Below are positions 10,040-20,246 of a stretch of 64,000 bases of DNA, one piece after another; positions within the stretch are counted from its first letter, which is position 1, and each line of letters starts with the position of its first letter. Under the pieces are notes generated by a model that saw nothing but the letters and a program-made list of their open reading frames with translations, was not told the origin of the DNA and searched no databases. Origin of the DNA: a virus (taxonomy: Duplodnaviria > Caudoviricetes). Made by a program: the position numbers and the translations under genes. Where the stretch lies: IMG/VR virus record IMGVR_UViG_3300011008_002712; one strand, given 5' to 3'.

Positions 10040-13000
10040 CTAAAATACCTTTGCAAATCTTTATAAATAGAATTTAATTGGTTAGCAGTTTTTGCATCGT
10101 TTATTAATTTTTTAATTTTATTGAGCTTATTTGCTGTAATAACTTGTTTATTCAAATAATCTTTAGCTAATTCTAAAACCTTGTTTTTAGATTCGTTAAA
10201 TGCATCTAATGTTTTGCCATCATTCACAGAAGACAATATTTTTGCCTCAAAATTGTTCGCGTGATATGACTTGGGTATTACATCTTTTTGACGTTTTGAT
10301 TGAAGATATTTTTGTTCAGTAACGTCTTCTTTATATGGACGCAAATTTGACATAGAAACTAATTCATTTAAAGAATACTTAGAAGCAAAAGTATTAGAAT
10401 CTATTTTCTCTATTTTACCGTTTTTAGACCATTTTTCTATTTCGTCTTCTATTAATTTTTCATCCGTTAAATACTTTAATTTCTCTTTTAAATCATTCTT
10501 ATTTATAATGATAGAACAATACGAATATTTATCGTTTGATGAATCAATGAGTTTTTCCGCAAGCAACGTTGTATTAAATGCATCATCTATGTTGATTTCA
10601 TTATCATTTAAATAATATTTAATATTATTCAATTCCGAATTATCTATAGATGCTATGCATTGTATTGTTGTTGATAATCCTTTTTTATTATTAAATAGCT
10701 CTAACTCTGATGACATTAAATTATCATTTATGCTAATATTTTTAACATTTTTTAATTCAATGTATCTTGGCAAATTTGATAATATGTAATTTTTGCAATC
10801 AGACGTTTTAATATTTTTTATAAGTTTTCTATTATCATTGTCTAATACGTGACGCTTATCAAATTCATATCCAGATGTTCTATCAGATAATTTTAAGTAT
10901 TTTTGTTCAAAATTTTTATTTGGAATATACTTAACGTCTCTTATTAATTCATCAAAACTAACATTAGAAACAAATTTATCACTTGAAATTCTTTTTATTT
11001 GTTTGTTGTCTTCAAGGTAACTTATCAAAGCTGATATCTCTTTTTCAGAAATATAATTTCTTAATTTTTCATTAAAAGCTTTTCTAGATATCAAAATACC
11101 TTGATGTTTCGTTTCTTTATTGTCTTTTAAATATGCATCTAACAATTTGCTCTTTTCTAAAGCTGTCTTTAATTTTGAGATAGAAATTTTTTTATTATTT
11201 ACATCACAAATAATATCTTCTATTTCGTTATTTTCATTTGATATGATAGATGCATATACATCTTTTCCACAAAGATTAATATTCGCGTGATATTTATCTA
11301 TAAGATTTACAATAAACTTATCTACATATTTATTAATATAAGAATTTACCTTGTATGCATAATCTTCTAAAGAAGATAATAATTCTTTATTTCTTGTATC
11401 ATTATCTTCTATGTTTCTTCTAGAAAATTTGAGTCCAGATGTCTTATCAGCCATTGATAAATTTTCTTTCCTTAAATTATCAATTGGAATTTTGTTACAC
11501 ATATTAATTAGTTGCTCAAAATTTTTAGAAGATGCATATTTATTAGATTCAATATGCTTTAATTCTTTCTCATTTAAAAGATATTGAATCATATCATCAA
11601 TTGTAGAAATATTCAAATAATCTTTTAATTTATTGTAAATCATTGATTTAGAAATTATTATATTGTAATGATTTGACGAATTATTATCTTTCAAATATGA
11701 TTTTAATAATTTACTTTTTTGAAAAATATTTTTTGAATCATTTATGGAAATAAATCTATTTCCAATTTTGCAAATAATATCTTTAATGTCATCATTTTCA
11801 TATTTGACTTTTGCATATATATTATTTGGCTTTTCATTAATCACGAATACTATATTTATATCTTCATTTGAAAGCAAATCTAAACTAAAATCATTTAAAT
11901 ATTGATTGATATAAGAAGCTATTTTATCTATTTTTGATTGCTTTTCATATAATGCGACTTTTGTTCTTGTATCATTGTCTCTAACAGCTAGCTGATAAAA
12001 CCTGCTATTATTGCCAAAACGTTGTTTTTGACTAACAATAGATTCTATTTCTTTATCATTTAAAAATGACACATCACTTTTATCTAACAATTCATTCAAA
12101 GAATATTTAGATGCAAATTTGTTTGTTTCTATTCTATTTATTAATTTGTTACTTTGCCAAAAAGCAATTAGATCATTAATATGATTTTCATTAATTACAT
12201 TTTCTAACTTGTCTTTTAAAGACAAAGACGAAAATATAAATTTATTTTTCATTAATTTAGAATGATCTTTTGTATATGATGCTATCTTATTCTTTTTTGT
12301 TTTGTATTCGTCAACAGAAAAAACATTATCATTGTCTCTAATTTCTTTTATTAATGATAATTTTTCGTTTTCAATATCAAAAACAAAACCAATAACCTTT
12401 CTAATATTATCGTTGACAATCTCTGCATTTACAATAAATTCATTTTCTCTTCTATTTTGAGATATTAATTGATTTAAATTAAAGTCATTAGAAATGATTT
12501 TAGATGCTTCTAGGGCCAATCTTTCTTCTGTCTTATGTTCATTTTCAATGGATTGTCCAACATTATCGACATATTCTGCTATATGTTTTTGCTGTGGTTG
12601 ATACTGTTTCCTTAAATCTGGAAAAAGGAAGTTCATATCATAGTATGATGCAAATTCATTGCTTCCAACGCCAACAATGTTTCCTTCTTTTAGATGTTTA
12701 TTAATCAATTCAGAAGCTTTTTCAAGAGAATTATTACAACGTTTAACAATTTCATATCTTGTCATAACAGCAAATTGTTTGTTTGATTGTTTTACTTGAT
12801 ATGATTCTTTCTTATTAAAATTATTTTTTGCATCTTCAAATGAATCACTCAATCCAGCTTCACTGAATGGATATTCATTATTTACTCCATTTAATGATGC
12901 GGTAAATAATTTGTTGTTTTTAATTTTCCCATTCTCTGTAAAAAATGAAAAAGAATATGTAGCTGGATTCTGATCAAAATTTACATCAAATTTAATGTGA

Positions 13001-13308
13001 TTATCATTAATTTCTGTATTATTTACAGAGTATCTATATTTTCTTAAAAAAGAAGACAATTTTATTATTGCATAGTTTTTTAATGTCTTATCATCAAATG
13101 AATGTTTAATTTCTCTTACAAATGCCAAATTATTATCTGAACGTGAAGCGATAACGTGCTTCTGATTGATAATATTTGCATCTGAATCCAAATCAAATTG
13201 TCTATCTACTTTTTCTTTGAAAGCAATGTTATCAATCCAATCTGGAATGTCTACTTTGTTAGTACTAGTTAGCACTTTGTTGTCAATTGTTTCAAAACTG
13301 TAAGACAT
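10036..13308 (-). CDS. Large protein with about five ~190-aa repeats, each containing a winged-helix-like unit
   Basis: Recurrent ISK..L.EKL..Y....I...I.......I..I.SNKFAS..S..EL motif and DNDTR linkers. Confidence 0.75.
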   Translation of the reverse strand: MSYSFETIDNKVLTSTNKVDIPDWIDNIAFKEKVDRQFDLDSDANIINQKHVIASRSDNNLAFVREIKHSFDDKTLKNYAIIKLSSFLRKYRYSVNNTEINDNHIKFDVNFDQNPATYSFSFFTENGKIKNNKLFTASLNGVNNEYPFSEAGLSDSFEDAKNNFNKKESYQVKQSNKQFAVMTRYEIVKRCNNSLEKASELINKHLKEGNIVGVGSNEFASYYDMNFLFPDLRKQYQPQQKHIAEYVDNVGQSIENEHKTEERLALEASKIISNDFNLNQLISQNRRENEFIVNAEIVNDNIRKVIGFVFDIENEKLSLIKEIRDNDNVFSVDEYKTKKNKIASYTKDHSKLMKNKFIFSSLSLKDKLENVINENHINDLIAFWQSNKLINRIETNKFASKYSLNELLDKSDVSFLNDKEIESIVSQKQRFGNNSRFYQLAVRDNDTRTKVALYEKQSKIDKIASYINQYLNDFSLDLLSNEDINIVFVINEKPNNIYAKVKYENDDIKDIICKIGNRFISINDSKNIFQKSKLLKSYLKDNNSSNHYNIIISKSMIYNKLKDYLNISTIDDMIQYLLNEKELKHIESNKYASSKNFEQLINMCNKIPIDNLRKENLSMADKTSGLKFSRRNIEDNDTRNKELLSSLEDYAYKVNSYINKYVDKFIVNLIDKYHANINLCGKDVYASIISNENNEIEDIICDVNNKKISISKLKTALEKSKLLDAYLKDNKETKHQGILISRKAFNEKLRNYISEKEISALISYLEDNKQIKRISSDKFVSNVSFDELIRDVKYIPNKNFEQKYLKLSDRTSGYEFDKRHVLDNDNRKLIKNIKTSDCKNYILSNLPRYIELKNVKNISINDNLMSSELELFNNKKGLSTTIQCIASIDNSELNNIKYYLNDNEINIDDAFNTTLLAEKLIDSSNDKYSYCSIIINKNDLKEKLKYLTDEKLIEDEIEKWSKNGKIEKIDSNTFASKYSLNELVSMSNLRPYKEDVTEQKYLQSKRQKDVIPKSYHANNFEAKILSSVNDGKTLDAFNESKNKVLELAKDYLNKQVITANKLNKIKKLINDAKTANQLNSIYKDLQRYFR

Positions 13309-13327
13309 TCAATTCTCGCCTCACTTT

Positions 13328-13630
13328 CTATGTTAATTGTGTATATATTGCTGATTTTGCTTCATCCACAGTAGAATAAAAACCTCTATATTTAATTTGA
13401 GACCATTTTGCTTTTCTATATCCTTGTAAATTGCATTTACCAGATAATACTAAAAATACTTCACTTAAGTCTTCATCGTCCAGCGTTATTTTCCAAATTT
13501 CATATACATCGACAATATCATTAATATCAATCATTGTATAAAAATTATCTATATAACTTTTTGTTCTATTTTTTTGCTTTCTAAATGATCTTACTGGAGA
13601 TGGTGGAATTGCTAAAGTTTTATTAGTCAA
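13328..13630 (-). CDS. Hypothetical protein, probably the C-terminal part of the upstream gene via a -1 shift
   Basis: The frame is open upstream to the A9 run at 13711-13719, and the TTG start has no RBS. Confidence 0.55.
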   Translation of the reverse strand: MTNKTLAIPPSPVRSFRKQKNRTKSYIDNFYTMIDINDIVDVYEIWKITLDDEDLSEVFLVLSGKCNLQGYRKAKWSQIKYRGFYSTVDEAKSAIYTQLT

Positions 13631-13704
13631 TGTACATATGTTTCTTACGCCATAATTTAAGGCATCTAACGCTTGAGCTAACGGAATATTTCCAATACTA
13701 TCTG

Positions 13705-14598
13705 CTAGTCTTTTTTTTTAAAAGCTAAATGTGGAGGATTGTTATTAGTACAGTCTGTAGTTTCATACTGTTCTGGACGCACGCCATCAAATCCACGCAT
13801 ATCAGAAACATAATCCCATCCAAATGGTTCATTGCCGCTATGAATATCATAATAAGAATCATCATTTCCAGACAAAATACGTTCTGTTTCTTCTAATGTT
13901 TTGTCTGTCATCCCAAAATCTTTATAATATTCAAACCCAACATCTTGCAATCCTTTATCAACTACTAAATTTTTTGTCAATGATATCGCAAAATCTTCTG
14001 GAAAAATTTCAGAATAATAATCTAATAAATCAACAACTTTTTTAGCTGTTATTTTTTTGCCAATTTCTTTCATGTCGCTGATTTCACCAAAAAATAACAT
14101 GAGTGGTTCTGACTGACGAAATGAATTTTTTAAGCAATATAATTTCGTCTCTAAATCGGCAGAAGCGATTCTTTGTAATTGTTCTTGCGCTCTTTTTGCA
14201 AAAAAAGCTCTATCATCTACATATACTGGATATATTTCATATCCCATTTTGTTAAGGCTTTTTGCTATTGATTCTTTTAGATTATTATTGTATCTTAAAG
14301 TAAATCCATTAAAAAAATCTTGTAATGTTCCGTCCGTGCCATTCCAAAGAGTCAATATATAATCTGCCAAATATTCTGGATAGAAATGCATTGGCACAAC
14401 TTCTTTGGCCGCTTTCTTTACAATTTTATTTTCTTTTTTTGCCCATTGAACAAAATCATACGGTCTCATATTATATCCTTTCAAATAGTCGTTCATAGAA
14501 GGATCTTCCAGTTCATTGCCATCGTCTCGCCAATTAAGATTTTTTACATAATCATATGTATCTTCTTCTACTATCTTTTTGTTCTTTAACGTAGCCAT
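13705..14598 (-). CDS. Putative head/virion protein
   Basis: 297 aa, GGAGTG RBS, K/R-x-A motifs. Confidence 0.65.
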   Translation of the reverse strand: MATLKNKKIVEEDTYDYVKNLNWRDDGNELEDPSMNDYLKGYNMRPYDFVQWAKKENKIVKKAAKEVVPMHFYPEYLADYILTLWNGTDGTLQDFFNGFTLRYNNNLKESIAKSLNKMGYEIYPVYVDDRAFFAKRAQEQLQRIASADLETKLYCLKNSFRQSEPLMLFFGEISDMKEIGKKITAKKVVDLLDYYSEIFPEDFAISLTKNLVVDKGLQDVGFEYYKDFGMTDKTLEETERILSGNDDSYYDIHSGNEPFGWDYVSDMRGFDGVRPEQYETTDCTNNNPPHLAFKKKD

Positions 14599-15404
14599 TA
14601 TTGCACTCCTTCTTTTGAGTCGTATTTATTGGATTCTTTCCGAACAAATCTGTCTAAATCTATTTTAGACATTATAGATTTTTCATTTAATGCTTTTGTA
14701 CGTAAATCATTAATATGTTTTTCAGATACAATAAAATTATATTTTTTCAAAGATGAAGCAATCTCTTTATCTATCTTTTTATTTAAAATATGTTCAAATT
14801 CGTTTTTTAATGATTTGTTTTTAATGGCATCTTCAACAATTTCATCTGTGTGTTCGCCATAAAACATTTTCATTATTTTTTTAAAAACATCATCGTTCAT
14901 AGATGTGTTTTTTGACGCTGTTTTTTTGCGAATCACATCGTTTTCATCGTCACTATTAATTTCTTTGACAAGATATTCGCCATCATCAAACTTTTCTATT
15001 CTCCAAATAGAGCCATCATCAAAATCATAATCATATACACCAGCTACTTTTTGAAAAGCCTTATATAAATTGCCTCCAATGTTATTAAAACAACTCATTG
15101 TTGATGCTGTAACTTTAATTTTTGGCTGGCTTGAAGAATAAAATATTTTAAACATATTTTTATCTTTATTTATACTAACATTATAACCGTTGGCAATTAG
15201 TTGTTTCTTAATGTCGTTTGCTTTGACTTCAGAATTAACGATACTAAACAACTTTTTATTGTCTTTGTTTTCTAACACCTCTGCAAGATGTTCAAAACAT
15301 TCATCTGAAATAGAAGCAAATTTGTCAGCGATTCTATTTATCATTACAATATCACTTCCTCTAGAAAAGTTGCACAGCAGAGCGTTAACTCTCATAATGT
15401 GCAA
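14598..15404 (-). CDS. Putative head/virion protein
   Basis: 268 aa; DDGSIWRI..DGEYLVK segment; KVTAS/KKTAS motifs. Confidence 0.65.
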   Translation of the reverse strand: MHIMRVNALLCNFSRGSDIVMINRIADKFASISDECFEHLAEVLENKDNKKLFSIVNSEVKANDIKKQLIANGYNVSINKDKNMFKIFYSSSQPKIKVTASTMSCFNNIGGNLYKAFQKVAGVYDYDFDDGSIWRIEKFDDGEYLVKEINSDDENDVIRKKTASKNTSMNDDVFKKIMKMFYGEHTDEIVEDAIKNKSLKNEFEHILNKKIDKEIASSLKKYNFIVSEKHINDLRTKALNEKSIMSKIDLDRFVRKESNKYDSKEGVQ

Positions 15405-15461
15405 ATACTTTTATTATTCAATAACAAAATATTAAGAAATGTACTATTTATTAAACAATGA

Positions 15462-16142
15462 TCAATTAGATTTTTTACGTTTTTCTTTTTGAGGCTTATC
15501 ATAAAAACTTTGTTTTAAATCTTCTAATATAATCTCATTTTTTTCTTCTTCTGTGTGATTTTCATCTAAAATATTGTATAAATCTTTTAACGCTTTCTTT
15601 TTTATTACAGATACTCTTGACTGCGAAATATTTAATTTTTTACCTATTTCTTGTTGCTTATATCCATTTAATGTTAATTTTACTATTTCTGCAGCCCGTT
15701 CATCAACTAAAGAATAAATATATTCATTATATAATTCGCTTTCAACATCTTTTATATCATTAGTTACTTGATCTTGCATAAGAAATTCATAACAATCACT
15801 TGGTTTTTCTCTTTTCCCTTTAAAGTAATATCTTTGTATATAAGCTCTTAACTTTATAATTAAATTTTTAAATAAATATCTATCGAACTTAAAAAATTTT
15901 CCCTGATAGTATGGATCGTACTGTTCGCATAATGATATAAAATACAAATATGTTTGTTGTGTCAGTTCGTCTTTATCAAAATTTTTCCACCAAGCAAGCC
16001 ATTTAATCAATTTATTAAGACGACGTTCAAGTTCAAACCATACTTTATTGGGATTTGTTTTTATATCTTCATACAATGGTTCAAATGGTGTTTGAAGACT
16101 AAAATCTTCTAATGCTACATTATTAGTTGAATTGATATTCAA
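15462..16142 (-). CDS. Phage sigma70-family RNA polymerase sigma factor
   Basis: Region-2-like DELTQQTYLYF..YDP..KF..YL and region-4 HTH YKQQEIGKKLNISQSRVSVIKKKAL. Confidence 0.85.
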   Translation of the reverse strand: MNINSTNNVALEDFSLQTPFEPLYEDIKTNPNKVWFELERRLNKLIKWLAWWKNFDKDELTQQTYLYFISLCEQYDPYYQGKFFKFDRYLFKNLIIKLRAYIQRYYFKGKREKPSDCYEFLMQDQVTNDIKDVESELYNEYIYSLVDERAAEIVKLTLNGYKQQEIGKKLNISQSRVSVIKKKALKDLYNILDENHTEEEKNEIILEDLKQSFYDKPQKEKRKKSN

Positions 16143-16147
16143 TTTAA

Positions 16148-17398
16148 TTACTCCTCTGACTTAGTTTGCAAAAGTGTAATAAAACCTACATTGTCAACAT
16201 CAAAAACGTTTTTATAAAAATTGTTTAAATCATCTATAGATATAGTTTCTAATTGTTCAACTATATTTTGAAAATCTACATTATTTAAATCAATTCCCAT
16301 CCCCATTAAAGAAATTCTAAAATCATTCATTGATTCTGTAAATAATGATTTTTTCTTTAAAAGTGTTTGATAACAGTTATAACTCGTTTCAAATTCTTTT
16401 TCTGTTATTCCATTTTCTTTTATTTCTTTCATTTTTTTCAAAATCAATTTTTGTGTATTATCTATGTTATTTTTGTTTAATCCAACATAAACATATATTA
16501 ATGATTCTGGGAATGAAGAAAACATACTGCAGCATATAGTATATGCATATCCATATTTTTCTCTTATTTCTATCAGCCTTGAACTAAATCCGTTTCCAAA
16601 AATATCTAATGCCATATCAGCAATTATAAAATTTTTAATAGATTGTTCAAATTTATATGGAAAATATGCAATCATATGAGATTGAGTTGTATCAATATCT
16701 TCTTCATTATTTTCAACATTTACAATGCAAGAATTATTTCTAAATTCTTTGATTTCATCATCAAATTTATAATTGGAGGTATATTTGTCTATAAAATCAG
16801 TAACTTCTTCACAATTTATATTTCCAGTTATGTAAATCGTGATTTTATCTGGAATGTAAAAATTATCTATGAAATTTTCAACATCTTGTTTTGTTATATT
16901 ACTGACGCTTGCAATCGTTCCGCCATTATTCCATTTGTTTTTTGCATCCTTATAAGCAACTTTGGTCATGTTATCCAAAATTCTTCTGCTACCATCATCA
17001 TGGTACATTTTTAGTTCTTCTAAAACAACATTTCTTTCTCTATCAAATTCTTCTTCTGGTATAGTGTTGTTCCATATAATATCAGATAAAACATCTAATG
17101 CTTCTTTCCAATGCTCTTTTAATATAGTAACATAAAATACAGTGTGATCTTCTGTGGTATAAGCATTCATGCTGCCGCCTAATTGTTCTATTTCAGTAAA
17201 AATACTTTTAGCTTCTCTATTCATCGTGCCTTTAAATACTAAATGTTCTGTTAGATGAGCAATACCAAGTTTATCGTCTGGCTCATCAAAAGATCCAGCA
17301 TGAACAAAATAACTAATTGTAACAAAATCACTGTCTATATTTTCTATGCAAAAACTTAAGCCATTTTTTAATTTATTGACATACAAAACAAAATACAC
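16148..17398 (-). CDS. M16 (pitrilysin/MPP-like) zinc peptidase
   Basis: GSFDE..GIAHLTEHLVFKGT (HxxEH), GGSMNAYT, ERNVVLEE, SRL..IREK.GYAY. Confidence 0.92.
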   Translation of the reverse strand: MYFVLYVNKLKNGLSFCIENIDSDFVTISYFVHAGSFDEPDDKLGIAHLTEHLVFKGTMNREAKSIFTEIEQLGGSMNAYTTEDHTVFYVTILKEHWKEALDVLSDIIWNNTIPEEEFDRERNVVLEELKMYHDDGSRRILDNMTKVAYKDAKNKWNNGGTIASVSNITKQDVENFIDNFYIPDKITIYITGNINCEEVTDFIDKYTSNYKFDDEIKEFRNNSCIVNVENNEEDIDTTQSHMIAYFPYKFEQSIKNFIIADMALDIFGNGFSSRLIEIREKYGYAYTICCSMFSSFPESLIYVYVGLNKNNIDNTQKLILKKMKEIKENGITEKEFETSYNCYQTLLKKKSLFTESMNDFRISLMGMGIDLNNVDFQNIVEQLETISIDDLNNFYKNVFDVDNVGFITLLQTKSEE

Positions 17399-17444
17399 CT
17401 CTTTGTATTTATTTTAATTTAAAATTTATAAAATAAAACTTTAT

Positions 17445-19142
17445 TTAAAATCTACTAATCCTACCATATCTTGCGCGAGGAGCAGTTGAACGTTGTCCCA
17501 TTACGGCCGCAAAATTCGCTAAAACATCTGCATCACAACAATCGTCATGATAACCAGTTGGAGCTTCTATTTTTTTATTTAACGTTTTGCCAACTATATA
17601 CTCCAAATCTGCCCACTCGCCAATCATTTTGTGATAAAATCCAATGTTGTCTTTACCAGCAGATGCCAAATACGAATCTAAAAATCGTTCCTTAGTTGGA
17701 TATTTAAATTTTCCAGAATCGAGTTCTGTTCTAAATTTTCCATACATAAGATTTTTCATATTCATCCCGGAATGAGTATATCTATCTCCAGCATTGAAAA
17801 TAATGCCTTCTAAATTTGTTAATCCAAACTCAGTTTGAAGTGTCTGTATAACTGGAGCACCGCATCCAGTATAATCAGCGAATATTTTTTTTACTTCAAA
17901 TCTTGGATTATATCCACCAAACAATTTTGATATTTCATACATTTGTTGCGGATATGTTTCATCTTTAAATTCTAAAGCAAATACTTTTTGTTTTGTACCA
18001 TCTGGAGCAATTCTTAGAACAGTAATGTGAGTATTATCTCCTTCTGGGTTAGAACCAGCAAAGTCAATACCAGCAACATATCGTTCGCCTATAATCCCAT
18101 GTTCTATCCAATCAAATTCACCGTCGGATAAATTTTTTATCTGACTAGATGTTAAAAATTTGCCAGCACCATCTATAAATTCAAGCATATATTGAGTTTT
18201 AAAATCCTCAATATCCATACCGCCTTCTGTCCAAACTTCTGGATTATTAGGGAAAAATTCTTGTTTTAACGCTTTTGGCATTAATTGTTCTATAACATAT
18301 CGAGAATATGGTCGTTTTTCTCCAGTTTTCAAATCTGGTAAATAAATTGCATCTAATGCCCAAAGCTGAGGACATTGCGTCCAATCGCGACGAATAACAG
18401 TCCATTTTTCAGAACCTTTTCCCTCAACAGAATCATAAAAATGATTTTTTGTTTTTGGCGTACCAATTTTAATAATTTTGGCGTTTGTTGCACCTCCCAT
18501 TGGCGCAATACGTTCAGACCAAGTATAATTTGATATTTTTTGTGCTTCGTCTAGAATCATAACATCAAAAGTCAAACCTTCAATATTAGATTGGTCTGAT
18601 GCAGAAACAGCCGTGACATAAGAATTATTATTTAATTCAATTTTATCTTTTGTCAATTTTACAATTTTATTATTCAAACGTTCTTCATTCATTTGAAAAA
18701 AAGTAGATAATCTTCCTATGCTAACTTCTGCCTGTTGCAATCGAGGAGTAAAAATTCCAACTTTCATTTGGGGATAATTATCTATTAAATAACCTGTCAT
18801 AGATGCTATTGATTCTGTTTTTCCAGTTTGTCTAGCCATAAGCCCAGCTACCTGTTTTAATTTTGGATTACAAGCTGCTCTAATTAAATCAACTTGATTT
18901 TGATGAAGATATTTTTTAGATTCTGGATAATGATTCCTTAAAACATTTTGGCAATACTCAACAGGGTCTATTCTATCTAAAAATCTATAATAGATAAAAT
19001 CTGTTAGAAACATTCCACCAATATAATTTTCTCTACGAGCTTCTGAGATTTCTTCATGTATAGCTTCTAAGTTATTTTTAACATCTGCGGTTAATGCTTT
19101 AGTTTCTTCTGAGATTTGTTTCTTCTTTTTTGCCATTTTCAA
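17445..19142 (-). CDS. terL: Terminase large subunit
   Basis: Walker A ARQTGKT, Walker B MILDEAQ, motif III IGTP, nuclease AGIDFAG and HDDCCDA. Confidence 0.92.
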   Translation of the reverse strand: MKMAKKKKQISEETKALTADVKNNLEAIHEEISEARRENYIGGMFLTDFIYYRFLDRIDPVEYCQNVLRNHYPESKKYLHQNQVDLIRAACNPKLKQVAGLMARQTGKTESIASMTGYLIDNYPQMKVGIFTPRLQQAEVSIGRLSTFFQMNEERLNNKIVKLTKDKIELNNNSYVTAVSASDQSNIEGLTFDVMILDEAQKISNYTWSERIAPMGGATNAKIIKIGTPKTKNHFYDSVEGKGSEKWTVIRRDWTQCPQLWALDAIYLPDLKTGEKRPYSRYVIEQLMPKALKQEFFPNNPEVWTEGGMDIEDFKTQYMLEFIDGAGKFLTSSQIKNLSDGEFDWIEHGIIGERYVAGIDFAGSNPEGDNTHITVLRIAPDGTKQKVFALEFKDETYPQQMYEISKLFGGYNPRFEVKKIFADYTGCGAPVIQTLQTEFGLTNLEGIIFNAGDRYTHSGMNMKNLMYGKFRTELDSGKFKYPTKERFLDSYLASAGKDNIGFYHKMIGEWADLEYIVGKTLNKKIEAPTGYHDDCCDADVLANFAAVMGQRSTAPRARYGRISRF

Positions 19143-19178
19143 ATCAATCTTTCTTAATGTTTTCCAATAATGTATTTA

Positions 19179-20246
19179 TTAGACTTCATTAATAATTGCA
19201 CCATCTTGGAATATAACATCATATGTAATTTCACATTCATCAACAATTTGATGAGTATCATTATCATATAATGCCATTGATAATCTATGAGTTCCAACGC
19301 TATGAAAATTTAACTCAAATACTTCATAAAATCCCATTTTTGTTAAATCAAGATTTGTAATTCTAAATTCTGATTCTTGATATTGAGGAATATGATTTTC
19401 ACTATATATTGTTGTATCTGAACATGATATAATCAATGTACAATTTAAATCAGCATTGCTTGCATTTTTTGAGTCTATTTTTACAGCTAATTGAATATAT
19501 TGACGATCTGTTTGATTAACTATATTCACATGATTATGTTCGTAAGTAAATTTATAATCTCTAACTAGATCATCTACTTCATTATCTTCATAACCAACTC
19601 TAGTCCAATATGGAGTTCCATCATCTTTGAACCTAATATCATATAATAATCCAGAATCGCTCTTTACTCTATATACTTTTTGAGGTTCATGCAAAAGTTT
19701 TAATTCATTAATCTGTTGTTGAAAATAATCAAATTGATTCTGAATATTTTCAAGCATTTCGACCTGTTCTGAAGTCAAACCGCCTTCCATAGTACATTTA
19801 CATTGACACAATGATTCTGACGGCGCTGCAAATCCAAACAATTGTCTCAAATCATATATTTTATCATTCGTTATTTCTGTATCATTTGAACTAACTTCAA
19901 TTAAAGCAAGATGCATGCATTCTTCTGGAAGTGTTGGAATTCTTTTTTGTTCGGTTGATTGAATTCCATAAGTATAAACTATTTCTAAATCGGAATTTAA
20001 TGAAATTGCGACTAACCATGTGCCAGACTTAGGAGCAAAAATAATATCAGAATTTGTATCTTCAAAATTTTTAATTTTTTTATTTTTTATGACAGTTCCA
20101 GAGTTTATATGAACTGTCATATTGGGAATCGCTAACTGAGATACTTTGAACATATCTAAAACTCTTTGGGCTTTAAAATATTTATCACTATTTAAGACAG
20201 TGCTCATATCATACACCTCGTCAATATTTGTTGCCAATATATTCAA
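19179..20246 (-). CDS. Virion protein sharing its N-terminal anchor domain with the 872-aa fibre
   Basis: PNMTV.IN.G...AP....W....PTLP....LA.I......IT.D.I.D.R matches 4538..7156. Confidence 0.65.
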   Translation of the reverse strand: MNILATNIDEVYDMSTVLNSDKYFKAQRVLDMFKVSQLAIPNMTVHINSGTVIKNKKIKNFEDTNSDIIFAPKSGTWLVAISLNSDLEIVYTYGIQSTEQKRIPTLPEECMHLALIEVSSNDTEITNDKIYDLRQLFGFAAPSESLCQCKCTMEGGLTSEQVEMLENIQNQFDYFQQQINELKLLHEPQKVYRVKSDSGLLYDIRFKDDGTPYWTRVGYEDNEVDDLVRDYKFTYEHNHVNIVNQTDRQYIQLAVKIDSKNASNADLNCTLIISCSDTTIYSENHIPQYQESEFRITNLDLTKMGFYEVFELNFHSVGTHRLSMALYDNDTHQIVDECEITYDVIFQDGAIINEV

